From contig NIVC01001591.1 of assembly GCA_002269645.1 (NCBI GenBank), positions 1 to 64,000 of the forward strand: a stretch of 64,000 bases of DNA, in the 5' to 3' direction. The notes beneath the pieces were generated by a model, which was not told where the DNA came from, did no database searches, and saw nothing but the letters and a program-made list of their open reading frames with translations. Shown here in pieces: positions 10,099 through 21,967 of the stretch. The translations under genes were made by a program, and so were the position numbers. This DNA is from Macrostomum lignano (lineage: Eukaryota). How positions within the stretch are numbered: the stretch's first letter is position 1; every line of letters begins with the position of its first letter.

Positions 10099-13000
10099 TC
10101 AGTCAAAAACAACAAATTTAGCCACAAAGAAGCCAATAGTGTCATAGTTGCAAGCATTAGTAACGTCGCTAGCATCGTATGGCACTTCCGGATCGAATTT
10201 CTGCACCAAACCGACACTTCCGTCCGGTTGGTAAATACCAAAAGGCCGCAGGTTGGGAGTCTGTTCCACTAGTTTAAGGTTAGGCCAGTTCATCTGCAGA
10301 GCAAGGCTGACCTGCCGTTCGTTTTCTTCTGGTCTTGTTGTGCATGTGCTGTAGACAAGGAACCCGCCAGGCTTAACCAATTTAATGGCCTAAAAATTGG
10401 CAATACACAAATTAATAATAATAATCGATTACACCTGTTTTAATAGGCAGATATGCAACCGACAGCTTAGCCGCAGCTATTGCGCGGCGCATCTGAAGGC
10501 TGCGTACGGCTGTTCAGTCCAAGGACTGCTGGCACCCATTTTACAGCTGGGTGAACTGAAGCAATCCAGAGTCAAGTGTTTTGCTCAAGTCTACAAACTG
10601 TTCCAGTGGAATCGGGAATCGAACCCCCGACCTTCGAGTCGTGAGTCCGACGCTCTAACCACAGGGCTACAACCCCCTAATAATGCAAATCTCGCAGGCA
10701 AATATTAATCAAATTATATTATTAATTTACCTCACGAAACAATCGATTCTGTATTTGAGCATACGAACTCAACTGAGATGCAGTTTTGCTCAACTGACTA
10801 CTACTGTCTGATGACGTGAGTAGTCTAGGCCGCTGTCCCAGAGCGCTGCAGGGTGCATCCAGGAGAACACGATCAAACTGTTTAGGACGATACGGCGGCT
10901 TACTGTCAGGCTCGCCAGCGTCTGTCAAAAAATGATAGTAAATTTTCATCTGCTAATATTGCTACTGACAGTAGCACAGCTTAGACATGAAGATTTAAAT
11001 CAAGATTCAAAAGCCAAACACAGACCTGTTCCGTTATCATCGCACAGTCGACAAGCATCAAAACAATGAATTCGAAGAAAATTTTCGGTGTCAATACCCA
11101 ATTTGACAGCTTGTTCAGCAACTGTGTTTAACCGCTTTGCAGACTTGTCAATGGCGATTAGAGTGCCCTGTGGGAGATCAGGATTCTGTTAGCTCACAGA
11201 AGACTGGGCTAAATTGGGCAAGTGGCGGTGGCACAGCAACTGGGGATCTGGGAGGCTGGTGGCCCAGCAACTGGGGATCTGGGAGGCTGGTGGCCCAGCA
11301 ACTGAGGATCTGGGAGGCTGTCCCAGCAGCTGAGGATCTGGGAGGCTGGCCCAGCAACTGAAGATCTGGGAGGCTGGCCCAGCAACTGAGGATCTGGGAG
11401 GCTGGCACAGCAACTGAAGATCTGGGAGGCTGGTACAGCAACTGAGGATCTGGGAGGCTGGCGACACAGCAACTGAAGATCTGGGAGGCTGGCCCAGCAA
11501 CTGACACTCTGGAAGGCTGGTGGCCCAACAACTAGGGACCAATAAAATAAATAAATAAGTATATAAATTCACTGATAATGAATGAAGTATGGCACTCAAC
11601 CTATACAGCTTATAACTACAAACCTGCAACTGCATAAGGTCAGCCAGGTGCAGACATTTTCCGCCGGGAGCACAGCACATGTCTAGCACTGTCTGCCCAG
11701 GCTGCGCGTCCAATACTCGAGCGCACACCAACGAAGGCAGATTCTGGGCAACCAGATTGCCGGACTGGAACAGGCAGGACTGAAAGCTGGGACACACGAC
11801 TAAGGGTTGCGTCATGCGGACCGCTACACCACTGCGGGAACATTAAGAAGATTAACAATGCCCCTTTAATTATCGCCAAATACACATCAATGCAGTGTTA
11901 CAACCTAAACAACAGAATCTACCACTACAGTCTACAAAATATCTACCCTAAAAACTATACTACAGGCTACCCCGAAACCTACCACTACAATCTACCCCAA
12001 TACCTACCACTAAAATCTACCCCAAAACCTACCACTACATTCTACTCCAATATCTAAACTACAATCTACCCCAATACCTACCACTAAAATCTACCCCAAA
12101 ACCTACCACTACGTTCTACTCCAATACCTACAACTGCAATCTACCCCAATACCTACCACTAAAATCTACCTCAAAATCTACCACTAAAATCTACCCCCAA
12201 ACCTACCACTACATTCTACTCCAATATCTACAACTACAATCTACCCCAAAACCTACCACTACAATCTACCCCAATATCTACCACTACAATCTACCCCAAT
12301 ATCTACCACTACAATCTACCCCAATATCTACCACTACAATCTACCCCAATATCTACCACTACAATCTACCCCAATATCTACCACTACAATCTACCCCAAT
12401 ATCAAGTACTAGTATCTACTTAAATCTCTACTATAGGTATCTACCTGAGAAACCAATCTACCACCTAGAATATCGAAAGTCAGTTTAATTATATGAATTT
12501 ATGAAAGAAGCAGCTATAAAATTTACATTTAATGCATTCAATAAAAATAAAAGAATCAATTCCAAACCTATTTGAATGAATATCTCCAAGCAGCTGCTTC
12601 CGCTCCATCACCAGGAGTCCATTGCCAAGAAATCTAGTAGCTCCTGTGTAGGCTTTAGTGAACCCTGCATTGAATTTTTCTAAACAGGCGTAGACAGACA
12701 CTGGGCAGTCTTTGCTGGCACCTGGAGATCAGAATTATTGTAACTCAATGAGTAAAAAACAAATTGTAATAAAAATGTATGCCAACACTGCCTCATCATG
12801 GAACAGAATTCGAACCTGGCTCAATCCCAATCACTCCGCCGGCAAAAATATCGGATCCGCGAAGAACCGCGACTCCGCACAGAGGATCAACGTACAAGCG
12901 GGGGTGCGTCTGAGGTAGCTGAAATGGAAAACGCGCGCAAAAGTGCATTTTTAAGAGGCTGGTCTAGTAACTGAGGATCTGGGAGGCTGGCCCAGCAACT

Positions 13001-13731
13001 GAGGATCTGGGAGGATGGCCCAGCAACTGAGGATCTGGGAGGATGGCCCAGCAGCTGAGGATGTGGGAGGCTGGCCCAGAAACTAACACTCTGGGAAGCT
13101 AGCCCAGCAATTGAGGATCTGGTAGGCTGGCCCAGCAACTGAGGATCTGGGAGGATGGCCCAGCAACTGAGGATCTGGGAGGCTGGACAGAAACTGAGGA
13201 TCTGGGATGCTGGCCCAAAAATTGAGGATCTGGGAGGCTGGCCCAGCAACTGAGGATCTGGGAGGCTGGCCCAGTAACTGAGGATCTGGGAGGCTGGCCC
13301 AGCAACTGAGGATCTAGGAGGCTGGCCCAGCAACTGAGGATCTGGGAGGCTGGCCCAGCAATTGGGGATCTGGAAGGATGGCATGGCAGTGTGCATAAAA
13401 CTCTTCAAAAAAAGAAATAACATACACTTTTTTCCGCAACCAGGATATTTTCTATAATTATCGCATCTGGCAAACTTTTCTGAAGAAAAATTTTTGGAGA
13501 CACCGATGTTGCACCTTTTGATTTGTATTCCTAATAATGAGGTGCAGTTATACAGAACAGACATTCTATTAAAAGTTTCAAGTGATTAATAAATGTTTCT
13601 TAAATAAACAAAACTTCAATTACCTCTTCTAGTGCTGATTTTAGCTGCAAAATAATTTCTTCATATGACTTGCCTCTAAATCTTACAGAGGTAAAGCAGA
13701 CATAGTCCATGTCTTCCGGCTTTGGTGTCAT
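10099..13731 (-). CDS. NSUN6: NSUN6-like RNA m5C methyltransferase (PUA plus RsmB/NOP2 domain)
   Basis: Phase-consistent GT-AG exons 13731-13624, 13530-13426, 12918-12816, 12721-12568, 11831-11624, 11167-11026, 10921-10731, 10389-10099 (1302 nt). Motifs AVLRGSDIFAGG, QNLPSLV, VLDMCCAPGGK, FDRVLLDAPCSALG, LVYSTCT. 5' end uncertain; candidate extra first exon 16618-16530 (MVKVPP...PNSL). Confidence 0.9.
10414..10678 (-). mobile_element. tRNA(Val-like)-derived SINE with CORE-like domain, copy 2, in the last NSUN6 intron
   Basis: Head GGGGTTGTAGCCCTGTGGTTAGAGCGTCGGACTCACGACTCGAAGGTCGGGGGTTCGATTCCC; body CTTGAGCAAAACACTT...CTGTAAAATGGG; (TTA)n tail. Highly similar to 434-748. Confidence 0.8.
11232..11535. 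repeat. 28-bp minisatellite array 2 (NSUN6 intron)
   Basis: Same unit as 9335-9872 with 27-31 bp variants. Confidence 0.95.
11925..12402. repeat. 25-bp minisatellite (CTACCCCAATATCTACCACTACAAT)n in an NSUN6 intron
   Basis: Tandem copies, degenerate at the left end and homogeneous at the right. Confidence 0.9.
12965..13380. repeat. 28-bp minisatellite array 3 (NSUN6 intron)
   Basis: Same unit as 9335-9872. Confidence 0.95.
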
Positions 13732-15692
13732 ATGATGTCACTGCAGCAATAATTGAAGTTATAAACTATATATAACTATTTTCCATATAAATTGAAAATT
13801 GATTTAGTCACTCTTCAAGAGTCACTTTATAAAACTGTGAGTTTAAACAGAGCATAAACAAGAACTTGTCAAGAAATAAAAGGAAAAAATATTTACGACA
13901 ACTTAAATCTATTTTGACAAATTAAACAATTATCAAATAGATACTGTGTCAAAAAAATTCACCACACATTGCATATGGAGTACAAAATATCTATTGTTTG
14001 AATCTCTAACCCTGAAAACTTAGAGTTCCCTTCAAAAGCTTTAAAACTGAAACATTTATTCATTTCAACTGTTATACTCCTTTCTCACTTTTTAAATCAA
14101 GAGCTTTAATGATATATTAAATTTTTTTGGTCCCAATTGTTAAGTGGCCAATTTTACTAGATATAGGCAATATAAACATATAGCAAGGATTAATAGTGAA
14201 TGTATTATAGTAAGTTTTCAAGAAATATTCTAGACGTGTTTTTTGAGTTAATTATTTGCAGAGTAGAGTGAAATAGACTGAACCATATACAGTATATACT
14301 ACTGCAAGGTAAAGTAGTAGATTAAAACAAAGTAGATCCTAAATCGATACATACAAGAATAACTGGAGGCTGTCCTCTGATCTTGATAACACCCAGGATT
14401 GGAAATACATGCAATACATATACCAGTAAACCAATATACTGCTTAGGCCAAATTACTAGAACACTACCAAACTAACTGTAAATGCTACCAGAATAACAAA
14501 AGAACAATACTTGTGAGGGTTAAATAGTACTCAAAGAATAATTCATAAATAAATATTCAGACTTATTCTAAGATTAATAAACTTATAATTTATTATTAGA
14601 ATAGTCTTGATGGCAGCTACTAGCATTAGAAAATTTAATATAGAAAGAAGTATAGCCCTAGTATAACTTAGTAACAGCTTTAGGATAATTCATAAAGAGA
14701 GAGGACTAGGCCTAACCCCTAGTACACTAGCAAGCTAAAAAGAGATACAAATGCAGAAAGGTGCAACATGGTATAGTGCAATTAGTATTAAGCCAATTCA
14801 TTTTTAATTTAATGGATATGCATCCAATGCACTTAAGCTTAAGCTATGTATCTATGGCTATATGCTGCATATGCCTTTTAAGCAATAACTTGTTAAATGA
14901 CTAGCTAGATAAAACAAAGTATTTATATACTTAGACTAGAGTCTAGACTTAATTTAGCCATTTAGACCTAAGCTAAGACCTACTTAATGTGATAGTAGCT
15001 AATTTGTTGTTTACCAATAACATTAAATATAGCTATAGGTCAATTAAATATAATTAGCCATATTAGACCTTATGTCCCTACCTAAGGTCCTCAGCTATAC
15101 TTACTTTAGAAGGTATACATCATGCCAGAAAATTCCGGCGTGCATTTGGTTTGGCCTAAAAATTGTATCATGTATTGCTATTAGTGTGCATTTGGATATT
15201 ATATACCAAAAATAATATATTCAACATATTGGTGTGCTATGGTATAGAATAGCTTGATTTAACATTGTAAAATGTGGCGTGGCATGATGATAGGGCATGT
15301 TTTGTTGAGATAAAAGTTTGTTAAAAGACATGGTTTTATAAAGAAAAAAATTATACTTATTTTTATTGAAAAATGACAAATAAATTTTAATTTTAAGGCC
15401 TAGTATAGGCCCTATTGTCATGCTAAAACAATTATAAAATACTTGAAAGCTAAGTTTTTTCAAAAGTGCAATTTTTAAACATAAAAAGTTGTATGTTTTT
15501 TTAATATGTATTTGTTTTTTTTGCACATGTGCAACTAGGGGGCCTATCAAAAAAGGTCCTTTATAGTTAGAACCAAAAAAGGCATTTGTTTTGCAACTGC
15601 TAAAAAGTAAGCTGGCATTGGCATATATTTTCTTGGCACTGGCATGCATTGGTTCAGAGCATTCTGGCATGCATTCAACATGATCTAGACTA

Positions 15693-15859
15693 CAGAGGTG
15701 TAGCTAGGCCTAGGAATTTCCTATGGGGGGATACACCAAGGTAAAAGTGCTTTGACAGAGTCACATGGTAGCATGTATAGTAACAAAGGGCAACAAAAAA
15801 GTTTTAGTCAGGCTCTTCAGGGGGATATATCCCCCTATCCTACCCTCCCTACGCCCCTG
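15693..15859. mobile_element. hAT-type MITE, 167 bp
   Basis: Terminal inverted repeats CAGAGGTGTAG ... CTACGCCCCTG, flanked by a perfect 8-bp duplication CTAGACTA (15685-15692 and 15860-15867). An 8-bp TSD is typical of hAT elements. Confidence 0.8.
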
Positions 15860-17483
15860 CTAGACTATAGGTCCTAGATAGCATAGTAGGCCTACCGCCT
15901 ATCCTTAATAAATAATAAGAACTTCAAGTTCTAAGAGCCACAACCTATCAATAAGCCTTTCATCCTTTTATTTATAATAAAAAATAAAATTGGCTTAACA
16001 GTTAACATCTTAACAGTCAACATTTTAACATCTAATGTCTCTAGGACTCTAGGGCAAGGGCCTACTTCATCTTCATGTAGGCCTGCTAGTGGCTAGTGCT
16101 AGCTACACCTACACTCTGACTAGTCAGTCGTCTGCCAAAAATCACAAGTCAAATAGACTAGTAGCCTAGTAGAGTAAGTAGACCTATCAGCAAAAGTAGC
16201 AGCAATCTCCGATCCTAGTTTGCTGCACTAAATTATTTTTCAAATTTACAAACTTTAAAGATCCGCCTATGCTCTGAGACTGAGAACCGCAAATCACTGA
16301 ACTCGGTCTATTCATCATATATTGGATCAGTAGAAGCACCGGCTTTCGGCTTAGTGGATTTCATTGACGCCTTCTTTGGTCCGTGCAACAATGGGACATG
16401 GATTTAAAAGTAGTACAAATTCTTATAAAATTTGCGTAGTTAAACACATAAATAAAACGTTTCGAAAGAATTTTCCAGCGAATATTTTTAGCGAAGCACG
16501 TAAAAAGGCTTTTCTGCACTTTATAAAACCTTAAAGAATTTGGGACTGTGTTGTCTAAGTCCAGTTGTCGCGCCGGCAATTCAGCTTCTGTTGCTGTGCC
16601 GGGTGGGACCTTGACCATGCACTACAATTTTTCCAAAAGTTGAATGCTCATGATTTTAGTGTTATTTATCGGAACCAACAAGCTCTATGAATATCAATGG
16701 AGCTAAAGGAAAGGCAAAACATATAAAAAAGATGAACTTTGGGTATGGCTTCCTAATCAAAAGCAATAACTCATTTTTTGTGCTGAAAAATGAAAACCTT
16801 TTTATCTCCGAACGTTTTTTTCGAAAAAAACCTACGTAGTTTATCGTCCTTCTACTTAAGTAGTTCTTGCCAAATGCAATGCATGGTACCCATGGCCTCG
16901 CTCCCTCCGGACCGTTCACTCAGTTTATCTCTGTTGCCTGCGGTGCAAGTTGCAACGGAGGCCCCGTGAAGTAAAAATTTCTGGGGGAATCGCTAATATA
17001 AATTGTCTAGCCTTATGGGGGGCTTTCTAAGATGTCAAGCCCTATGAAGCTACATAAGCTTCATCAACTTCAGCTGAAAAGATTCCAAACTAATAGAAAT
17101 TGAAAAAAGGCGGGGGGTTGGAAGGGAGAAGAGGAAAAAAGAAAGACAAAACAGACTCGACGTGAGCGCACAGCAGTTGTTAAACAGATACATGTAGGAA
17201 GACTACCCTAGGTCAGACAGCCATCACCGGCCCAATCAAAGAACCATGATGGGTACCGCGCCACTGCACCTCAACTGGACACTGTGGAGCGCCGTGTACA
17301 GTGGAGAAAGAGATCGTGGAGGGGTGGTCTGTCATGCGCTTGGCAACCGGATATTTATCAGCTCTATGGGAGCGGCGGAATTATTTCAGGAGCCCCATCA
17401 GGAGCTGAGCTCCATCGCGGATCATCTTGCATTAGCAAAGCCGATCGCTGACTGCAAAATCTGCCCAGCAACTCCTGCTTGCA

Positions 17484-20182
17484 ATGAAGCTGACAGCCAA
17501 GTGGTCCCAGCCGCTGCAGCTGCTTCTGTGCCAGCTGCTCACGGGTGAGTCTGCATGAAAATGATGCCACCTATTGAGGGAGAGACTCGCTGCTATGCAG
17601 CAAAATGCCCCGCACTCACTACTCGCTGACACCTCCTTCAGCTGTGATCTCCGCCAAAGACACCAGCGCCGTCACCGGAGGCTCCTATCATCGGGTGACC
17701 AGCGGCTTCATCGACATCCGCAGCTACGTGAGCAGCAAAGTGCTCAACGAAACGGGCCTTCGATCAAATGTTCACTGTCTGTGGAAGTGCTGGGCAACGT
17801 CATGCGCCGTCGCAATCGTTAAGGAAACCGCGATCCTCGAATGTCAGATTATCGTCATCAACCATGCGAGCGAGCCGAGCTTGAGCAACGGCAGCTTTGT
17901 TGCCAGGGAGATTCGGCTTGAAGATGGTGTGCAAATCTGGAAGGCTTACGACTTTGAGCAGCAGATGCTCAGAGGCTCCGACGCCGGGCGCCTACTCAGC
18001 GAGTTTTGCGATGAAAACCTAGTCTTTACCTGTAGTCAAGCTATTATCACCTTAATGCGCATCATTTTTAATCCCAAATAACCATCTTTCACAGAGTACC
18101 TGGCTTCTAAGAACGTGACTCTGAAGCAGGTCTACATACCCAACAACTCGGTAAAGATCTTCGCCGCCTTCCTTCAGCACCAGCCGACTGTCTCATCGCT
18201 CATTGGCTGCGTTGACAAGTGCAGCGAGGTACCGGCCTGTCGCGGGATTGTGTTCAACTCCAGCAACTGCTCTCTGCTCACCGACTACCCGCTGTGCCGC
18301 TGGTTCGAGCAGCCCCCGGGGAACTCTGCGCTGGGTGTCTATGTGAGTGTTGGAAAAGCAGTGCTGGATCTGTGCTATCACTGTAGACACTTCTCTTTAT
18401 TGCTCATCAATTTCCAAACACAGGAGTTCTACACTGTGAGCACTCAACAGTGCTTTGAGACCGTCAATCTGCGAGTGTCGGACGAGCTGAGCTTCGACCG
18501 GCTCTGGGCCGAGTACAAGACCGGCTTCGGCACTTACCATGGCAACTACTTTGCTGGTGAGGCGGAACTTTATATTTTACATGTCAATACTTGATGTCAT
18601 AAACCACTGTATATCGTCGACAAACTAAAAGTAACAAATAGGAGTCATGGCAACCAACTCAAGCCTTAGCGTTCTTCGGTCGAACCACAGAACCACAGAA
18701 CCTAATTTGGCTCGTGAAATATCGTCTTTTCTATACGCTCGTAGTTGCAGAAATTGCCGCTTTTGCCTTCTATAGGGGCTGGAAAAAGGGGCCCCCTGTT
18801 CCAGTAACTCCTTGAATTGAATGCCGAATCAAACGGCATTTCATTACGTGCGAATTTCATAACGCCAGGCCTGGAGTGGCTGCACAACCGGACCAGCGCT
18901 CAACCCAGCAACAACCGGTTCCGCGTTGACCTGCTGTACTGGAACGACACCTACATCTACGCCTACTACCTGAATGTGCTCATTCTGGCCGAGAGCACCA
19001 ACTACACGTTTTCTGCTTACACCTACGTACCGGCTGGAGGCCTTGGAGACTGCCTGCTTAGAGGATCAAACCTGCAGTTCTGTAGAGTGTTCTACCTCCC
19101 GTTAAAAAAGGAAAAAAGAAGATAATCGTATAATACTACTATAAGTAAGTAAGTACACGCATGTGCGCCTAAGCTTTGAATGAATCACGCTACCAGAAAA
19201 AGATGTTACCAGAATAATACGCCATGAGCCATTTTCCCCTTTTAGCGCAACACGTGAATTGTCATGATACTATTTTGGATCAAAAACTTGTCTATAAATA
19301 CAAGCGATCTGAAGCGGTACCGGAGCCATTCTCCCCACGGAAGAGGAGCGCTCCGAAGAGGAAGCCTTAGGAGGACTTCCTGATCTACCAAGTCAATCGA
19401 GACTCGGTCGAGTTGTTGCGGTAAGCCTTCCTTATTTGCGCCCGTTGTGTTAGAGACGTCTCGCTCAAGTCTATTGAGACTTGAGTCTAATTGAGTCTGT
19501 TGAGACTCTTGAGTCTGTTTAGACTCCATTGGTTGCAGTCTCCAGAAGGACTGCCCCTGATAGATCTTAGAGGACTATCAGTGGTTTCCGGAGCTATACC
19601 TAGAGTGCATAGAGGCACTGCTAGAAGAAGGAGGCTTAATTTAGACCGCAGTTTGGCGCAGGGTACCCATTGTTGCTACGAGGCCTCTGATTGGTCCTGA
19701 CGGAAGATACCGGCCGGAAGAACTTATCGGAAGTACAAGAGGAACCAGGACCAGAGCAACTGAAGAATCAAGGCGCCTGATCTACGAGATCTACTGACAA
19801 GTTCCTAGCGAGAACTACTCAAGAAATTCAAATCCGGATTAAAGGTAATTGAATACCTTCGTTTGACTTACTGGGTTGCCTAGCTGTTGAGCTAGAAGTG
19901 ATTGTTCCTTGATTATCGAAAGTCGGGTAATAAGGAACACATCAGTTCGTCACCCGAGATCGCGGATTGAGCAGATGCGCAAACTGTGCGATTACCTACC
20001 AGCAGCCTCACTGGCACAATTGCTGCCACAACTCCGGTCCGTTCGGCAAGTACTTCAACTACCCGACCGCGCTAGCTGCAGACCGAGCCAAGGGCATCGT
20101 TTGGGCTTGCAATGCCCCGACAAACATCACTGACGGATGGTACTACAGCTTCAAGCAGCTAGAGATTCTCATGCTCACCTGA
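17484..20182 (+). pseudogene. Secreted PAN/Apple x2 plus fibrinogen-related domain (FReD) protein; this copy is disrupted by a solo LTR
   Basis: Signal peptide MKLTAKWSQPLQLLLCQLLTAVISA (exon 17484-17544, intron 17545-17641). Two PAN-like Cys patterns. FReD motifs RVSDELSFDRLWAEYKTGFG, GLEWLH, NCA...WHNCC, GIVW, YSFKQLEI. Intron 18557-18868. In-frame TAA at 18079-18081 (or an unresolved small intron). LTR insertion at 19081-19944. Confidence 0.8.
19081..19944 (+). mobile_element. Solo LTR, 864 bp
   Basis: Begins TG, ends CA; imperfect terminal inverted repeat (GTGTTC/GAACAC); 4-bp duplication GTTC (19077-19080, 19945-19948); TATAAATA at 19293; ATTAAA at 19838. Removal restores the FReD reading frame. 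Unrelated in sequence to the LTRs at 24379/32322. Confidence 0.85.
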
Positions 20183-20421
20183 ACATCAACCATGCAGCTA
20201 TGAGTAGAGACATGATTGCTGTGTACTTCTTTGATATTAAATAATAAATCAATTTCGATTTGTTAATCTCGACTCTTGAGACACTATACCCAAAAAATTA
20301 CGAGTACATTACCTTCTGTATGTTTATTTCTACAATGAAATAACGAATCGCCTATTAAAATTACCAAAGTTAATCTGCATTCAATTGCTTTTTTTCTCTT
20401 CTTTGGCATGTTGTCAACTTC

Positions 20422-21685
20422 TTAAGCAGGTGATAGCTGCCCTGCTTGCTCCGAATTGTAATTTGTGTTCGATCTTATTCTTATTTCGCCTTTGCTGTCA
20501 TAGTGAGACAAAAAACGTTTCGCGCAAAGTTGGTGGTGTCCTGAAATACACATTGGTGTAGTGTGTGGGTAGAGATTGGGGTAAAGTGTGGGCAGAGATT
20601 GGGGTAGAGTGTGGGCAGAGATTGGGGTAGTGTGAGCAGAGATTGGGTAGAGATTGGGGTAGAGTGTGGGTAGAGATTGGGGTAGAGTGTGGGCAGAGAT
20701 TGGGTAGAGTGTGGGTAGAGAGTGGGGTAGAGTGTGGGTAGAGATTGGGGTAGAGTGTGGGTAGAGATTGGGGTAAAGTATGGGCAGAGATTGGGGTAGT
20801 GTGAGCAGAGATTGGGTAGAGTGTGGGCAGAGATTGGGGTAGAGTGTGGGCAGAGACTGATGTAGAGTGTGGGCAGAGATTGGGGTAGAGTGTGGGTAGA
20901 GATTGGGGTAAAGTATGGGCAGAGATTGGGGTAGTGTGAGCAGAGATTGGGTAGAGTGTGGGCAGAGATTGGGGTAGAGTGTGGGCAGAGATTGGGGTAG
21001 AGTGTGGGCAGAGATTGGGGTAGAGTGTGGACAGAGATTGGGGTAGAGTGTGGGCAGAGATTGGGGTAGAGTGTGGGCAGAGATTGGGGTAGAGTGTGGG
21101 CATGTTATCACAGAGATCTTCCGTTCTTCTAGCCCTGGTCGTAGCCTGCCCTCTAAATTGTCGCTATGGCAGTCAATTGCATTGTCTGTCACAATCTTTT
21201 TCTGCATTTAATGTACCCTCACGATCAGTATTGGAAAATCCTGGACGATCGGTACTTCCTCTTTCACTCTGCGGCCTGTTAAAAAGAGTGACTCAGAAGG
21301 CTGCATCCACGCGTAGTCACATACATTTTGGGTTCATTTGCAAAGTTTGGCGTCGCTAAAAGACCCATGAGAGCCAACAACCAAGACACAAGGTATACAT
21401 GCATGCACACCATGGCCTGCAGGAGGAGAATAGGATGAGAAAGCATCCCTTCTATGAGCTTGCCTGATGAGTTTGTGCGCATATTCGGGTAAAGTAGAAA
21501 GCCTTTGCAAACATAGAACTTAATGCAAGTCCATTAATCTTGTTTAAATTTACACCCTGACACATCCACTGTCAGGCGGTGTAAGCTTCTGGTAGCTGTT
21601 GGATCCGTTAAAATCCAGAAGCTTGTTTGCAAAGGAAAGAAGGATAAGACTGGGTAAACATTTCAAATCCGGCGGCAACTTCGCG
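20422..21685 (-). CDS. Unidentified multi-exon gene (3' exons)
   Basis: Chain of GT-AG-bounded segments 21502-21411, 21355-21325, 21275-21217, 20540-20422 that stays open after splicing (two frames possible), plus a further acceptor near 21686. No recognisable family. Confidence 0.35.
20560..21101. repeat. 23-bp G-rich minisatellite (GGGCAGAGATTGGGGTAGAGTGT)n, left arm
   Basis: About 23 copies; reverse complement of the array at 21968-23983. Confidence 0.95.
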
Positions 21686-21967
21686 CTGGAATGTTGACAG
21701 ACAGCTAAATTGCAATTTAACTTGCTGCTTTTCACACAGAATTTGCTGAGCCTGATTGCTCTGTCCTCCAATAATCCTATCGGTGGAAGTTACAATTACT
21801 TTAACTTCCTCAAGAATAGTTCAAATTATTAAATACTAGTTTTCTCTGACCTGTTTTCTTTATCTATATAGTTTCTCTCGCTTAGTGGATACTGATTATA
21901 ATTGGTAGTTCGCTGCCACCGGGTCCCAGGGTCACAAGTTATCCGAATCTCATGCTTTCAGAGTACA

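Noticed and set aside
10605-10678. tRNA-Val(CAC) gene
   Set aside because: Acceptor and D stems pair poorly, and the sequence continues into a body and tail shared with 434-748, so it is a SINE head.
11255-11262. Chi site GCTGGTGG in minisatellite variants
   Set aside because: Chi acts with bacterial RecBCD; here it arises from a 3-nt variant of the repeat unit.
11925-12402. Interstitial telomeric repeat (C-rich CTACCCCAA)
   Set aside because: The unit is 25 bp and contains no tandem TTAGGG-type hexamers.
21550-21771. Leucine-rich-repeat-like peptide LPPDLKCLPSLILLSF
   Set aside because: Single imperfect repeat, and splice phase to neighbouring exons is ambiguous; not enough to name the gene.
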